From Octopus sinensis (Eukaryota): a stretch of DNA of 64,000 nucleotides. Both the position numbers and the translations under genes were made by a program. The stretch is from NCBI RefSeq assembly GCF_006345805.1, contig NC_043003.1, forward strand, positions 15,934,001-15,998,000, in the 5' to 3' direction. Positions 41,289 to 53,813 of the stretch are shown in pieces. How positions within the stretch are numbered: position 1 is the first letter of the stretch; each line of letters begins with the position of its first letter. The notes under the pieces are model-generated. The model had not been told where the DNA came from and did not search any database. It worked only from the letters and a program-made list of their open reading frames with translations.

Positions 41289-42376
41289 CCTCACTACTTT
41301 TAGCACAAGGTCAGAAATATTGGAAAAGAAGTTTTCAATGTAAATATTTACAAGGCATTATTTATCGTTTTATAGGCCGTGGTTTGAGACATTCCACCCA
41401 CTCCTACACATATACGTGCGCGTAAAAAATATTAGCCCACGCTGTCTGGAAAGTTTATAAAATTCTGTATGGCATCGACAATATGAATGTTTATATCTAT
41501 ATAAATACAACATATGCGTATATGCTTGTGCATTTTTGAGCGCGAGTGTGCATATATATATATACACATATATATATAGGTATGTATGTGAGTGTATGTT
41601 ATGTTTATGCATGGGCTTATACGTCGGTACATCCGTCGCACACTTGTTTTCAAGACGGTCCACTTCCTGTCATCAAGTCTAATATACAAACAAACTGGAA
41701 TTACCGAGGCGTGTCCCATAATTTCCTGCAATAAGCTGTGTCTGTCTACCTCCCCCCCTCTCTCTCTCTCTCTCTCTCTCAAATTATCTGGTATTTTCTT
41801 CAATCAATTTCCCAATATTTCTTATGATATTTCACACCTAAAAAACACTGCGAAAACAATGCATCTCTCCACCCACCGCACCCCAACACACACACACACA
41901 CACACATACACAATATTCGGTAAACATCCATTTCATAGTGAAAACACTATAAGAGACTTGTTTTCCTGAATGTATCACCACAAGCGGAGGCTTGGTGATT
42001 ATAATTGATAACAATTATTTTCCCGTCCTTAATTATCATTAGAGCTATGTTTAAGCTCAGCTCATTCTAGCTCACGTTTATCTAATCGGAATACTAAGAC
42101 TGAGACCGAAACGGTGACGAAAATTTTCCCTTCGTCTTTTAGTCTAATTAGCGGCTAAAAGCAGGTGTGTTAGCGGCTGGAATAACGTAAATAACGGTTT
42201 GGAGTTTGTCGTGATGTAGGTTGTCTACTAATTAAGTGGTTTCTTTAACAATTTGTCTCGTCTCGTTATCTGTAACAGTTACTGGTCGATGTTGAGTTGT
42301 TGCGTTGGAAACCTTCCTGTGGATCGACTCTGAGACTCGTAATTGAATCCGTTATACATAATTCGAGATTGCAATA

Positions 42377-42672
42377 CAGTAATCACCAGACTATCGCGGG
42401 TGTTACGTTCTAGAAACCCCCTGCGATAAGCCATTTTTCTCTCTCTTCTACTTGGAAGTATTTTCATGTTTGTAAATGTAAAATTTGCGAAGTAGAAACA
42501 GAAAAGTACTGCATATTTTTTTTTATTTTTGTAATTTGTATGTGTTTATTTGATTATAAATGCAAAACAACACCACAGAGGAATCGACGTAAGCTTAAAC
42601 AATAAACCGCGATTGGTAAACCGCGATAGGTGAACCGCGATAGGTGAACCGCGATGTGGTGGGCTATTACTG
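42377..42672. mobile_element. pogo/Tigger-like MITE with TA TSD and subterminal 14-bp tandem repeats
   Basis: ta|cagtaatcaccagactatcgcgg ... ccgcgatgtggtgggctattactg|ta; four copies of (a/g)aaccgcgat(t/a)ggt at 42604-42660. Confidence 0.7.
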
Positions 42673-42813
42673 TAGTCTCAAATAACAGAATTACAGTATT
42701 TCTCTGATTGTTTCACAGCAACGTAGTTTTGAGTTGAGTCCCACAGCACGGCATCTTGGAAAATTTCTTCTACCATAGCCTCGAGGTCGAAAAATGTGAG
42801 TGTGCGTGTGTGT

Positions 42814-42865
<52 letters not shown>

Positions 42866-43135
42866 ATCAAAATAAGCAACAGGATATCAAGAGGTGATGC
42901 AGAACGACCGTTTGAAGTGAATCCATTTAATTGAACAATGCAATCATTACATCTATTTAAATGCAGGGCTAACCTTTTCAATTAAATGGAGTCGTTTGCA
43001 ACGATTGTACTGCATCACCTCTTGATATCCTGTTACTCATTTTGATTTGACTAGTACCGATAGTCAAATTTTGAGTAGTACCGATAATACCGCACTGAAT
43101 TGGTGCTTCAACTTAAGTACCTAATTCAACCGAAT

Positions 43136-43136
<1 letters not shown>
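42866..43136 (+). mobile_element. TA-flanked fold-back element (inverted ~70-bp arms plus 3' extension), probable Penelope-like terminus
   Basis: atcaaaataagcaacaggatatcaagaggtgatgcag...ccatttaattgaa (42866-42935) is inverted at 42977-43047; (TA)n on both sides. Confidence 0.6.
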
Positions 43137-43180
<44 letters not shown>

Positions 43181-43314
43181 AGTTAATAAAAGGAGTTGAA
43201 CGAAGATGTTATTAAAATTCTTTTACTTTCGACATATGTAACATATGGTAGCTGTTTATTGAATTTTCCATGTTAACGGTAAACAAAGGATAATTCATTC
43301 ATCCATTTAAATAT

Positions 43315-43364
<50 letters not shown>

Positions 43365-43571
43365 AGATAATGGTGTCATTGAGACCCAAATGTGTCAGGT
43401 AATACTGAATAAGTGCCATAGGCCGACCATAGTTAAGTTCCAGATTCGGTAATATTGCGAATAAAGGGTTCAACGTTGGTTCTATGTCAGCGTGTGTATA
43501 TAAGAATTTTTTGCATAATGAGATAAAAAAACCAAGGCTGTATAGATATTAGACCATTTATAGATAGAAGG

Positions 43572-43621
43572 TCTTACAGCTGTTTCTAGGATATTAATTA
43601 ATAATATCCCTTCATCGGAGA
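43572..43621 (-). ncRNA. Hammerhead ribozyme motif, U4C core variant
   Basis: Exact reverse complement of 44161-44210. Confidence 0.7.
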
Positions 43622-44160
43622 AGGTGTGAGAGGAAAAGTTAAGTCAAAGCTAGATTAGATGTGATACAAATAGAGAGTGAGGTGGAGGAAAGAAAATAGA
43701 TGTGAGATATGTAGGGATATTGAAGTTGTAAATGCATTTTATAGGCAGAATGGTATATATGCAATATTCCAATATCCTTTGAGTAAAATCCAAAAGTCCA
43801 ACAGAGTTTAAAATAGGTCCTTCGAAATATAGAGTTTAAATACAAGCCTTCGACTCTGCAACACTGTATATAAATTCTCTACTGGGAATAACCAAGTTTA
43901 AAAATCTGCTGGATCTCACTCATAAGAGAATCTTATATTGCTTATAAACTTTATATTTGAAAGAACTCATTTTAAACTCTGTTGGACTTTTGACTTTACT
44001 CAAAGGATATTTGAATATTGCATATATACCATTCTGCCTATAAAATGCATTTACAACTTCAATTCCCATACATAACTTACATCTTTTTTCTTTCCTCCAC
44101 CTCACTCTCTATTTGTATCACATCTAATCTAGCTATGACTTAACTTTTCCCCTCACACCT

Positions 44161-44210
44161 TCTCCGATGAAGGGATATTATTAATTAATATCCTAGAAAC
44201 AGCTGTAAGA
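44161..44210 (+). ncRNA. Hammerhead ribozyme motif, U4C core variant
   Basis: tct-CCGATGA-a gggatatta ttaat taatatcct a-GAA-ac agct gt-A-aga. Palindromic stem III ACAGCTGT; predicted cleavage after 44207. Confidence 0.7.
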
Positions 44211-44310
44211 CCTATCTATAAATGGTCTAATATCTATACAGCCTTGGCTTTTTTATCTTATTACGCAAAAACTTCTTATATATATACATACATATACATA
44301 TGTATATATA

Positions 44311-44388
<78 letters not shown>

Positions 44389-44811
44389 ATATATGTGTAT
44401 GTATGTATATGTGTGTATATTAGACCATTCGGACACATATGACAGCTAAAAACAACCACGTGGATCCTGTTGATACCAGTTAGAAACAATTATGAACTTT
44501 TTTATTACGCTTAACTTTAAATTTACACCTAGTATGCTTACTCCCCACATAACACCACCACCTGGATTCTGTTGAGACTAGTAAGAAACAATTATGAAAT
44601 TTTTATTACACTTAACTTTTTAAAATATTTTTGATAAGGTTCGTTTTTTCAAGAAGAACCAAAACATGTAAAAGTTCTAAGAAAATAAAAATTTATCTTA
44701 TATACTGGCGTTTTCAAACTTCTTTTTTATAAATATATACCCACTCGTATACGATCTACACTTATTATAAATATATATATATACTTACATACAGACATAT
44801 ATGTGCATGTG

Positions 44812-44847
<36 letters not shown>

Positions 44848-45080
44848 AAAAGGAGATGTGGAACACGAGTTGTGATATATAAAAAAAGGAAATGAAGAAA
44901 ATGCTGACAAAATAATTTAAGTAATTTAATTAGGTGAGAGTTCTTATTACCGGTTACGCATTTGTTATGCTTATCAAAAATATTTTTTTAAGAGAGATAG
45001 AGTTCCTTTCTGATAGATTTTATAGTTTTAGTCATTTTAAATTTATATCTTAAAAATATTGATTTTTTTAGATCTGAAAT

Positions 45081-45126
45081 CCACCTGATGAATGTCCTTT
45101 GAAGAGACATGAAACAATTGTAGTGG
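45081..45126 (+). ncRNA. Minimal type-I hammerhead ribozyme (same family as 37954)
   Basis: ccac-CTGATGA-atgtc ctttgaaga gacat-GAA-ac aatt gt-A-gtgg, followed by ~190 bp homologous to 37997-38175 and then (TA)n. Confidence 0.88.
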
Positions 45127-45310
45127 CGAATTTAATTTTATTTACTTTATATTAAATTTTTTTATGAATTGTATTAAATCTTTCTTTGTTTGATTTGCAA
45201 AATAGTGGTTTTGTCTCTAATTAATATTATATAATATTTTACTATATAATTGGATTCAATCCTAAATCTGATTTTTCCCTGTAAATTTGGATTTATTCCC
45301 TAATATTTAT

Positions 45311-45357
<47 letters not shown>

Positions 45358-45889
45358 TACACACATATACATATATATATATATGTATGTATGTATGTAT
45401 ATATTCGTGTGTGTGTGTCGGTGTATGTGCTTCATTAAATACACGACTATGTTCAAGTTTTTATTTTTACTTTTGTATAAGTTTCCATATTATTGGCTTT
45501 TTACACTTGGTTTGGAATACTATAATACCTGAATCCATACATGGCGTTACTAAGCCTTCGTAGTCGTATTTTCAATAATTGTATTGAATATATTTGGTTA
45601 TTTTAGACTACAATTACTAGAGTCATACATTGGAAACAGAAATGGGTGGGTGGGTGTCTGAGTAAGTGACAACAAGAGAAATTGTTACTAAAATGGTTGG
45701 CACGACGGACAGTGTGCCTTATCGGCATTGTACCCGTGTTTACGTTCAGAGTTCAAATTCCGTCAAAGGCGTCTTTGCCTTTCATCTTTTCAAGATCGAT
45801 AAATTACGTACTAGATGGGTACTGGGGTCGATGTAATCGACTAGTCCCCTCCCCCAAAATTTCAGGTCTTGTGTCTATAGTAAAGACTA

Positions 45890-46350
45890 CTACTACTACT
45901 ACTATTGTCATTATTGTCTTTGCAGAACTTCTAACGCTGGGGATGTACTACTGAGCCAGCTGTTCACTACAAGTGAACTAAGGTAACACCTCTTATTTTT
46001 TGAGCACCTTCCGGAGTATTCGAGCGTTTCTAAGCAGTGCTGTTTTCTGCAAGTGCTCCACCCTTATTGCAGCCCCTATTTGTTCCATGTACTTCTCAAG
46101 ATTTTTACTCAATATTGCCAGGGCTCCGACAGTTATTGGTACTACTACTACCTTTTCCAGCGACTACAACTTCTTAACCTCCCAAATTAACCTATCATAT
46201 CTATCGACTTTTCTTTCTTCCTTATCGTATACCTTGTTGTCAGCTGGGCATGCTATATCTATGATCCAACATAGTTTGTTTTCTTTCTCAATTAACACTA
46301 TGACTGCTTTCCTATTCTCTATCTCATGGCCGCACTGAATCATATTCCAT
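45890..46350 (-). mobile_element. 3' fragment of a Dong/R4-like RLE non-LTR retrotransposon
   Basis: Minus strand IQCGHEIENRKAVIVLIEKENKLCWIIDIACPADNKVYDKEERKVDRYDRL..EVKKL*..VVVVPITVGALA...LQKTALL..ARILRKVL*, then a short 3' UTR and a trinucleotide tail. Confidence 0.88.
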
Positions 46351-46567
46351 ACATTCTGAGTTCAAACCCCACCACCGAAGTCAACTTTGTCTCTCACCCC
46401 TTATAGATAGATAAAATGAAGTGTCAGTTGCGCATTGGGCTGGATTGTACAGACTCAAATTTCAGTTGCGCATTGGGCTGGATTGTACAGACTCAAATTT
46501 CATTAGCTATATCAAAACAATTATTATTGTTGTTGTTGTTTTTGGTGGCGGTAGTGGGGGGAGGTGT

Positions 46568-46644
<77 letters not shown>

Positions 46645-47184
46645 TGATTAGCAATCGTTGATAAAAATAAAAAGCTTAGAAATTTGTAGCTTCAGTGGTT
46701 TTGTGATAATAGAACAGACAGAAATCTAATCAATCAGAAAAGAAAGGAAAGAAACAATGAAGGTAACATACAAGTATTATATAAAGAAACAAGAAGAACT
46801 TTCGGAGGGTTACTAGCCAGGGGGCGGTAACTCTTGTTTATATATTGATTAAAAACTGAACTTTATTTTAATTATTATAAACTTTTGTTAAGACCAGACA
46901 AAGAAAATATTTACTGTTATTGCCCGAGGCTTTATTCTACTTTATTTAAGTTTTGTTGGGTACGTCTCTGTGTCCAATTATGATAATAAATATTTAACTC
47001 TCAGTTATGTTTGTTTCTGCAGAAATTTTGATCTATTAGTAGATTTGTTTTGTCGTTGATAGTGTACAACCCTATCTGGGGTAACTCAACATACGGCCAC
47101 ACGTTACTTTTTGTTTTTTGTCCTTTACTTGTTTCAGTCATAGGACTGCGTCAATGGTAGGGCACGACCTTGATGGGTTTAGTC

Positions 47185-47515
47185 CAGGCCTGGCCAATTC
47201 GAATTACATTGCGTGCCACTTTAATCACAGAAAGCTCTCCGAGGGTCGCTTGTATACTGACAGAATTAAAAGCATTTTGCTTTCTCATACTATTATTACG
47301 ATAATAAATTAATGATTATTGATACAACATGAAATATTATCGTTGCAAAAACAGTGCTATCTTTCTTTTTTTACTTTTTATTAAAATCCTTAATTTTTGA
47401 TAAAATTTTTAAAATGTTTGTTTAAATAAACCCATTTCAAGAAAGTATCAAGTGGACCGCTAGATAAAAGTCTGCGGCTACATGCGACCCGCGGACCTCA
47501 AGTTGGCCAGCCCTG
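47185..47515. mobile_element. hAT (Buster/Charlie-like) MITE with 8-bp TSD, inserted into a SINE family B copy (47120-47980)
   Basis: TIRs caggcctggccaatt / agttggccagccctg; TSD gtttagtc / gtttaatc with central TA. Confidence 0.85.
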
Positions 47516-48361
47516 GTTTAATCGAACGAATCAACTTATTTTTATTTTTATTTATTTGTCTTATCTGTCACAATTCTATCGCACACTTGCCGAAATGTTA
47601 AGTGACGGGGATGCAAGCAAACCGAAACCGGTTGTCAAGCTGTGTGGTGGGTGACATACACGAACACATACACACACATAGCACATACATACACACCTCA
47701 CACACCACACACATGCATACTGCATACACACCACACACACACATACACATCCACATGCACACCACGTACACACATACACCACACACAAACACACTCACAC
47801 ACACACGTACGCATGTGTATGTTTATACGAAGGTCTTAGTTTCCGTTTAGCAAATTCATTGACAGGGTACCGGTCTTGCCGCGGATATTGCAGAAGTCAC
47901 TTGCCCAAGGTTGCGCGCCATGGGACCAAACTCAAAATCACGTGTTTGCAAGGGAAGCTTCTGAACCACTCAACCGTACTCTTCTTCGATATTGCTTAAA
48001 ACTCCACACTTCAGTAAAATCTTGTTAAATAGTTAGATCTCTCATTAGAAGGATTTCAACTGTGACAGTTCCATCATTTTTCTGACACTGTTAGAAAAAT
48101 TCCATTATCTAAGGAGTCGTTGAAATTTTATTAACGTTAGGTTGTATTTAGGAGTTAGGTGGCAGCCATTTCCTGTAGGTCAGCAATCAACGTGATGAAA
48201 GCAGATGTAGCCATGAAAATCTAACAAATCATTCTGTAACCAGTAGCGTTGTTAATCTCTACGTCACACACACACAAATGCATACGGAAATACGTACGTA
48301 CGTACATACATACATTCTGTGAATGTATGTACGTTTGTAGGTTATTATCTTCAGGACATAA

Positions 48362-48470
48362 AGTGGTTTCGACGTCTGCGCAGCTCTTTTTATAGCAGGC
48401 AGTTCGTGAATGTGTATAAATATAAGGCGTCCGCTATTAAAAAGAGAGCAGCGCAGAAGTCAAAAACCAC
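48362..48470. repeat. Short imperfect inverted repeat (MITE remnant?)
   Basis: agtggtttcgacgtctgcgcagctctttttatagc pairs with gctattaaaagagagcagcgcagaagtcaaaaaccact. Confidence 0.55.
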
Positions 48471-49098
48471 TCATCTGCAAAATTAAAACTAGATATCCTG
48501 GAAGTGCTGCATGAGTCTGTTGTGTAAAATACTCGATTATCAAGCATGCGAGCTGGTAAAATCGCTGCAGCATCAGTAAAACAAATGCTTTGTGACCTTT
48601 GCTTTGGCTCTCATATATTCTGAATTCAAATGTCGCCAAAGTTGACCTTACCTTTCCCCCTTTTAGGGTTGAGAAAATAAGTACTAGTTGAGCACTAGGG
48701 CCTTGTGCTTATATTAAATAGATTTATTATTAATACTATTAGTTATTTCTTTATTTCCCACAGGGAGCTAAACATAGAGGGGATAAACAAGACAGACAAA
48801 GGGGTTAAGTCGATTAGATCAACCCCAGTGCGTAACTGGTACTTATTTAATCGACCCCGAAAGGATGAAAGGCAAAGTCTACCTTGGCGGAATTTCAACT
48901 CAGAACGAAATACCGACAGACAAAATACGTATTTCTTTACTACCCACAAGAGGTTAAACACAGAGGGGACAAACAAGGACAGACAAACGGCAGACGAAAT
49001 ACTGCTAAGCGTTTCGCCAGGTGTGCTAACAATTCTGCCAGCTCACCACTCATTATTATTATTATTATTATTATTATATTATTATTATTATTATTATT

Positions 49099-49452
49099 GA
49101 GTGAGAGAGAGAGAGAGAGAGAGCAGTGGATGCCATCAAAGTGACACTGGGCTAAAATATACGAAGCCCAATATACCCATCATGACTACCCGTCTGATAA
49201 GGGTACACCAGGCACATGCATCACAACCATATGTGCGCGACATGGTGATCTCATATCAAGATAAACAGCACATGACCTTGCAGGTGGGGCCCAGTTAGAA
49301 TTTTCTTCAGGTTGAGTAGCCCATCCCGCTCAAAAGGTCCCTGAATAAGGGTTGTTTAAGGATGTTGAAAGAACCACCCATGTTTCCAGAGGTGAATTAT
49401 TCAAACCCCAAAGAATCCCTCTCAACACATGGCTATGATGCTCCCCCACTAC

Positions 49453-49453
<1 letters not shown>
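49099..49453 (-). mobile_element. ~350-bp complex element inserted inside an (ATT)n tract, probably the 3' UTR of a (TAA)n-targeting LINE
   Basis: Non-coding, relatively GC-rich block with (att)n on both sides. Orientation and family are inferred. Confidence 0.55.
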
Positions 49454-49515
<62 letters not shown>

Positions 49516-49699
49516 TTAAACTGCGGAGCTGTCAGAATCGTTACCAATGCGGACAAAATGCTTAGCAGCATTTCGGCCGTCACTATGTTCTGATTTCAAA
49601 TTCCACCGAGGTTGACTTTACCATTCTTCCTCTCGGGGTCGATAAAATAAACACTAGTTGAACTCTGGGGTCGATGTAATTGACATATGCCCTCCCGCG

Positions 49700-49810
49700 G
49701 ACTGCTGGACTATTCCAATCTCCTTCAACCATTTGCCTATACCTTTGCTTACAGTTCCAGATGCTCTAATTATTATAGGCACAACCTTTACAATTTTCAT
49801 ATTCCAAATG
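49700..49810 (-). pseudogene. Small Dong/R4-like RLE fragment
   Basis: IWNMKIVKVVPIIIRASGTVSKGIGKWLKEIGI. Confidence 0.65.
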
Positions 49811-50199
49811 TTAACATGCCGGACAAAATGTTTAGCGTCATTTAATACGTCTTTACGCTTAGAGTCCAAATTCTTCCGAGGTCGGCTGTGTCATTCATCC
49901 TTTCGGAGTCGATAAACAAATGCTAGTTAAGTACTGGTGCTGATGTAATCGACTCCTTTTTCTCAAAATCTGCCGGCCCTGTACGAAAATTTAAACGTGC
50001 CCCAGCATGACCGCAGTCTAATGATTGAAACAAGTAATGGGTAAAAGATTGTCAACTGAAGGTTCATGTTTCGAGTAGGATGCTACATTAATGTACTCAA
50101 AGCATTTATTGTAAGGCGTTTCAGGAAATGTGCGGTTAGACGTTGTCATAAGTTACCTCTCTGGGTCCAGCGGACAAAACGGAAGGCGAGGGGGACACG

Positions 50200-50655
50200 C
50201 TGAAACAGTCACTCTAACTCACAGGGCTCACACTTGCAGACAGCCATCTCCACAACGGTAGCGGTGAGCAGGGATATGGTCCGGGGGTCAAGAACATCGG
50301 AGGTTTCCACTGTCGCAGGCTCGACCATAAACTTGTCGGAGAGTGACAGATACTTAGACAGCAGGCTTTTCTCAGCTTGACGAACAGCAAAACCTGGGTG
50401 GTTAGTTGACCGCACCAAGTTCTTGCTGGAAAAGGTACCACAAGATGTGGCATTTCAGATTAGGAATCTGCCACCAGGGAACAAGAAAATTGTCATACCG
50501 TCCAGTCTTTTACCATCCCCTCGTTCTAACTCCTCTGGCTCGAGCTGGGAAGGATAGCCTGCGGTGTCTAGGCCATGCTCTATGATCTTGCTGAGGGCGA
50601 CACGTCGTGACAGTGGGTGGAAGCCGGCATGACAGTGAGTGGAAGCCGAAAGAAT
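50200..50655 (-). pseudogene. CRE-clade non-LTR retrotransposon RLE domain remnant
   Basis: ALSKIIEHGLDTAGYPSQLEPEELERGDGKRLDGMTIF..GGRFLI*NATS..T.....PGFAVRQAEKSLLSKY......EPATVETS matches the EP..L.R.DGKRPDG / WDAT / AE..K..KY / VET pattern. Confidence 0.8.
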
Positions 50656-51410
50656 ACAGAGTGGACCCGTAGCGATTTTTATAAGGCTCACAGATCTGGA
50701 TGGTAAAAGGTATATTATTGTCCTTAACCGTATTTCAGAAATTATGATCATATTTAATATCGTTTTGACTTCACAATTCTGTTCCAGGATTATAAAATAA
50801 TCGACGTCGGGTGTAATCGACAGAGAATGGACAGTATATCTTTATCGATCAATTAAATCGATAAGGTTTTCATATTCTCGGTCTTACGCTTTCCTGACGA
50901 TTCAACAAACAACCAAAAGAATGAAACAAGAGAATATATCAATGATGACGCAATTAAATATAAATTTTGTTCAATTTTCTGTTAAGACTCAGAAATCGAA
51001 GCAAATTGCAGCATTTTATATAATCAAAATATCGTAATAGCTTTTAGGAGAGCAAGTTTGTTAAATCATACCCTACGGGGAGAAAGGTTTAAAAATATAA
51101 TGTTCCAGGGAGTCCACGTGATGACATTTCACTACTTTGCGGCAATTCATAATTGATGATGCAAGCATTATTTTGTGTGTGTGTCTTAGTCTGAGTGTGT
51201 AAGTGTTTGTGTATTTGTGAGTCAGAGAGGGAGAAAGAGGGAGGGTTCGTGTCTCCTTGTATATTTACGCTTGTGAATGAGTGCTTGAATACATACACAC
51301 ATGCTTGCATAAATACAGATATACAAACATCCATATATATATATATGTGTGTGTGTGTATGTGTGTGTGTGTATGTGTGTGTATGCATATACATACATAT
51401 ATATATATAT

Positions 51411-51477
<67 letters not shown>

Positions 51478-52171
51478 CATGTGTGTGTGTATCCATGTAC
51501 GTATGCATGCACGCAAGCATATATGAATAGGTCATACTTTGTAATTGCGTTTAGAATTAGAAAATAAGTCTTATTCATATCTATTATTTATATTATATGC
51601 ACACACACACACACATATACACACACACATATATACATACACACACACACATACAAGATCAAGTGGATCTTGAGTGCTAAAGATAACATGTTACCCAGTA
51701 CAACTTGTTGCATATTCGGGTCGTCGGTGATTATAACGGCAACATTACCAAAGCTCTTTGATGCGTAGTGTAAATTTTCTAACGCCCACCCTGCAGGATA
51801 AAAGGTGGATGGACTCAGACGAACCAACAGCTATTGAACTACATAATATACATAAATGCTTGACGTCTTGGTATTTGTCTTGGTACCTAGGCAAACTTTT
51901 ATCATGGTAAGCTGAGTTGACTTTAAACTCTGGAGAACGCAGGTAGATTAGCAGCTGGAGAACTCTAAGAGAAAACTGCGTAGGTGTGCTGGTCATTCGG
52001 TTTGTGGTTCACATTTTCATCAACTTTCGGCAATTTCCCTAACTGCGTCGCTCTTACCGGTAAACACGAATCATCAGTGTAGGTGGCATAACAGCTATAC
52101 GCTGTTAGACCAGCCGCCCATACGTTTAGATTGACAAAAGAATCCCCCTCTCTCTCGCTCTCTCTCTCTCG

Positions 52172-52203
<32 letters not shown>

Positions 52204-52429
52204 TTATCTTCACCTCACATTATACTGACCACCAGCTAACACTCCTTTTCTCACTTCTTTCACCCGTCACTTTTTTTCATATTTTCATATTTTCTCCTCT
52301 CTCTCTTTTCTCTCTTTCTTCCTCTCATTTTCTCTTCCTGTTTTCATTTTGACCTATCTCCTCATTCTAATCATACACATCTTCTCCTCCCCATCTATCC
52401 ACAAACACTACCAATACATTATCAAATTT

Positions 52430-52748
52430 TCATTTTCACCACAAGACCCTTTCGAATGAGCAACATAGAATCCACGGCTCCATACTTTTGAAAGACTAAA
52501 CATGAACTACTATTGGAACTTACATACCATGTACAGGAAACTTTTTACGATTTCTATACACCACATCCCTCGAATAACGGAAATCCATCCACAATATCTT
52601 TATATATTTTTTATTTTATTTCTACTTTCATTCTCTTGCTTTCCTCTATATTCCCTATCCCCTCTTTTTCTATGATAATTCCTTACTTGGAACTCAAATA
52701 TTTACTTCTATTTAACCATCTCACATCGTCTCTGATGAAGAGATATCC
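52430..52748 (+). mobile_element. Decayed Penelope-like 3' end with truncated hammerhead (related to the 44161 family)
   Basis: ctcacatcgtct-CTGATGA-agagatat (52720-52746) aligns to ctcacaccttct-CCGATGA-agggatat. The upstream EQHRI/RLHTFERLN loosely resembles a GIY-YIG C-terminus. Confidence 0.5.
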
Positions 52749-53782
52749 ATAACACCATATATATCTATACGTTTTTATTTATACATGTCCTAAAACTCCT
52801 CACAGCCTTGTCTTTGTTATCTCATTTTGTCTATATACATATATATCTATATATACATCTCTCTTTCTCTCTATTTTTCTATCTATCTTTATATACGTGT
52901 TTGTATAAATTTGAGATCATATATATGTATTATATATGTATATATATATTACACACACACACACACATGCATACATATATAAGAATATGTATGTATGTAT
53001 TATGCCAAGTCGCTCTTGGGCGCTGATGGTAACATGTAACCCAGTACAACCTGTTGCATGGTGGAGACATCTGCGACTAAACTGGCAACCCCGTCAGACT
53101 TGCTTGGTGAGGAGGGTGATTGTTGGACACCCTGCAGAACGAAAAGTAAAACCTGCCAAAGGGCAGAAGAGCTCATAAGCAGTCAACGACCATCTAAGAA
53201 TATATGTACAAGTGTGTGCGTATGCATGTAAGCATGTATGTATGCGCGGGGACGTGAAAATACCTGGATTGGTGTCAAGGGGGGCGATGTCCAGAGGCCC
53301 CTCTGTTGTTGTCACAACATCTCTATAGGAGAAGGAAACACCGAGATAAAACCTGCGACACTGACAATATTCGATGATGTACACTAGTTCTTGTTTTCGA
53401 GTTTATGCTGTCCATGTTCAGAGAGTGGGACTGGATTTCTGCAAATCTTTTCTCCTCTATAAAAATATCATCGTGGTCAGGTACCGTTTGCAAATATTAA
53501 GACCTGTCATAAAAATGGCTGATGGTAGCCTTCGCAAGTATAGGACTTATGATCAGGCGATGGCAACACTCGAACATGAATTTGAAGCCATCATATATGT
53601 ATGTATATATGTATGTATGTATTATGTACGTATGAAAGTATGTATGTATGTATATATGTATTTATTATGTATGTATGTATTATGTATGTATGTATTATGT
53701 ATGTATGTATTATATATGTATGTATGTATGTATGCATGTATGTATGTATGTATGTATTATGTATGTATTACGTATGTATTTA

Positions 53783-53813
<31 letters not shown>

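Larger units (their letters stand above)
43362..44282. mobile_element. Inverted pair of Penelope-like terminal repeats (arms ~43497-43838 and ~43946-44282) embedded in (TA)n
   Basis: About 340-bp diverged inverted arms with a ~105-bp spacer; each arm carries a hammerhead motif. Confidence 0.85.

Noticed and set aside
44452-44620. Two ~65-bp direct repeats containing GAAACAATT
   Set aside because: Local duplication with no upstream CUGANGA; not a ribozyme.
50891-50935. CTGACGA...GAAAC possible hammerhead
   Set aside because: No NUH triplet or P3; too weak to call even as decayed.
51775-51815. Twister-like words (TAAC...GGATAAAAGGTGGA)
   Set aside because: Lacks the conserved GGTCCCAAGCCC loop and pseudoknot pairings.
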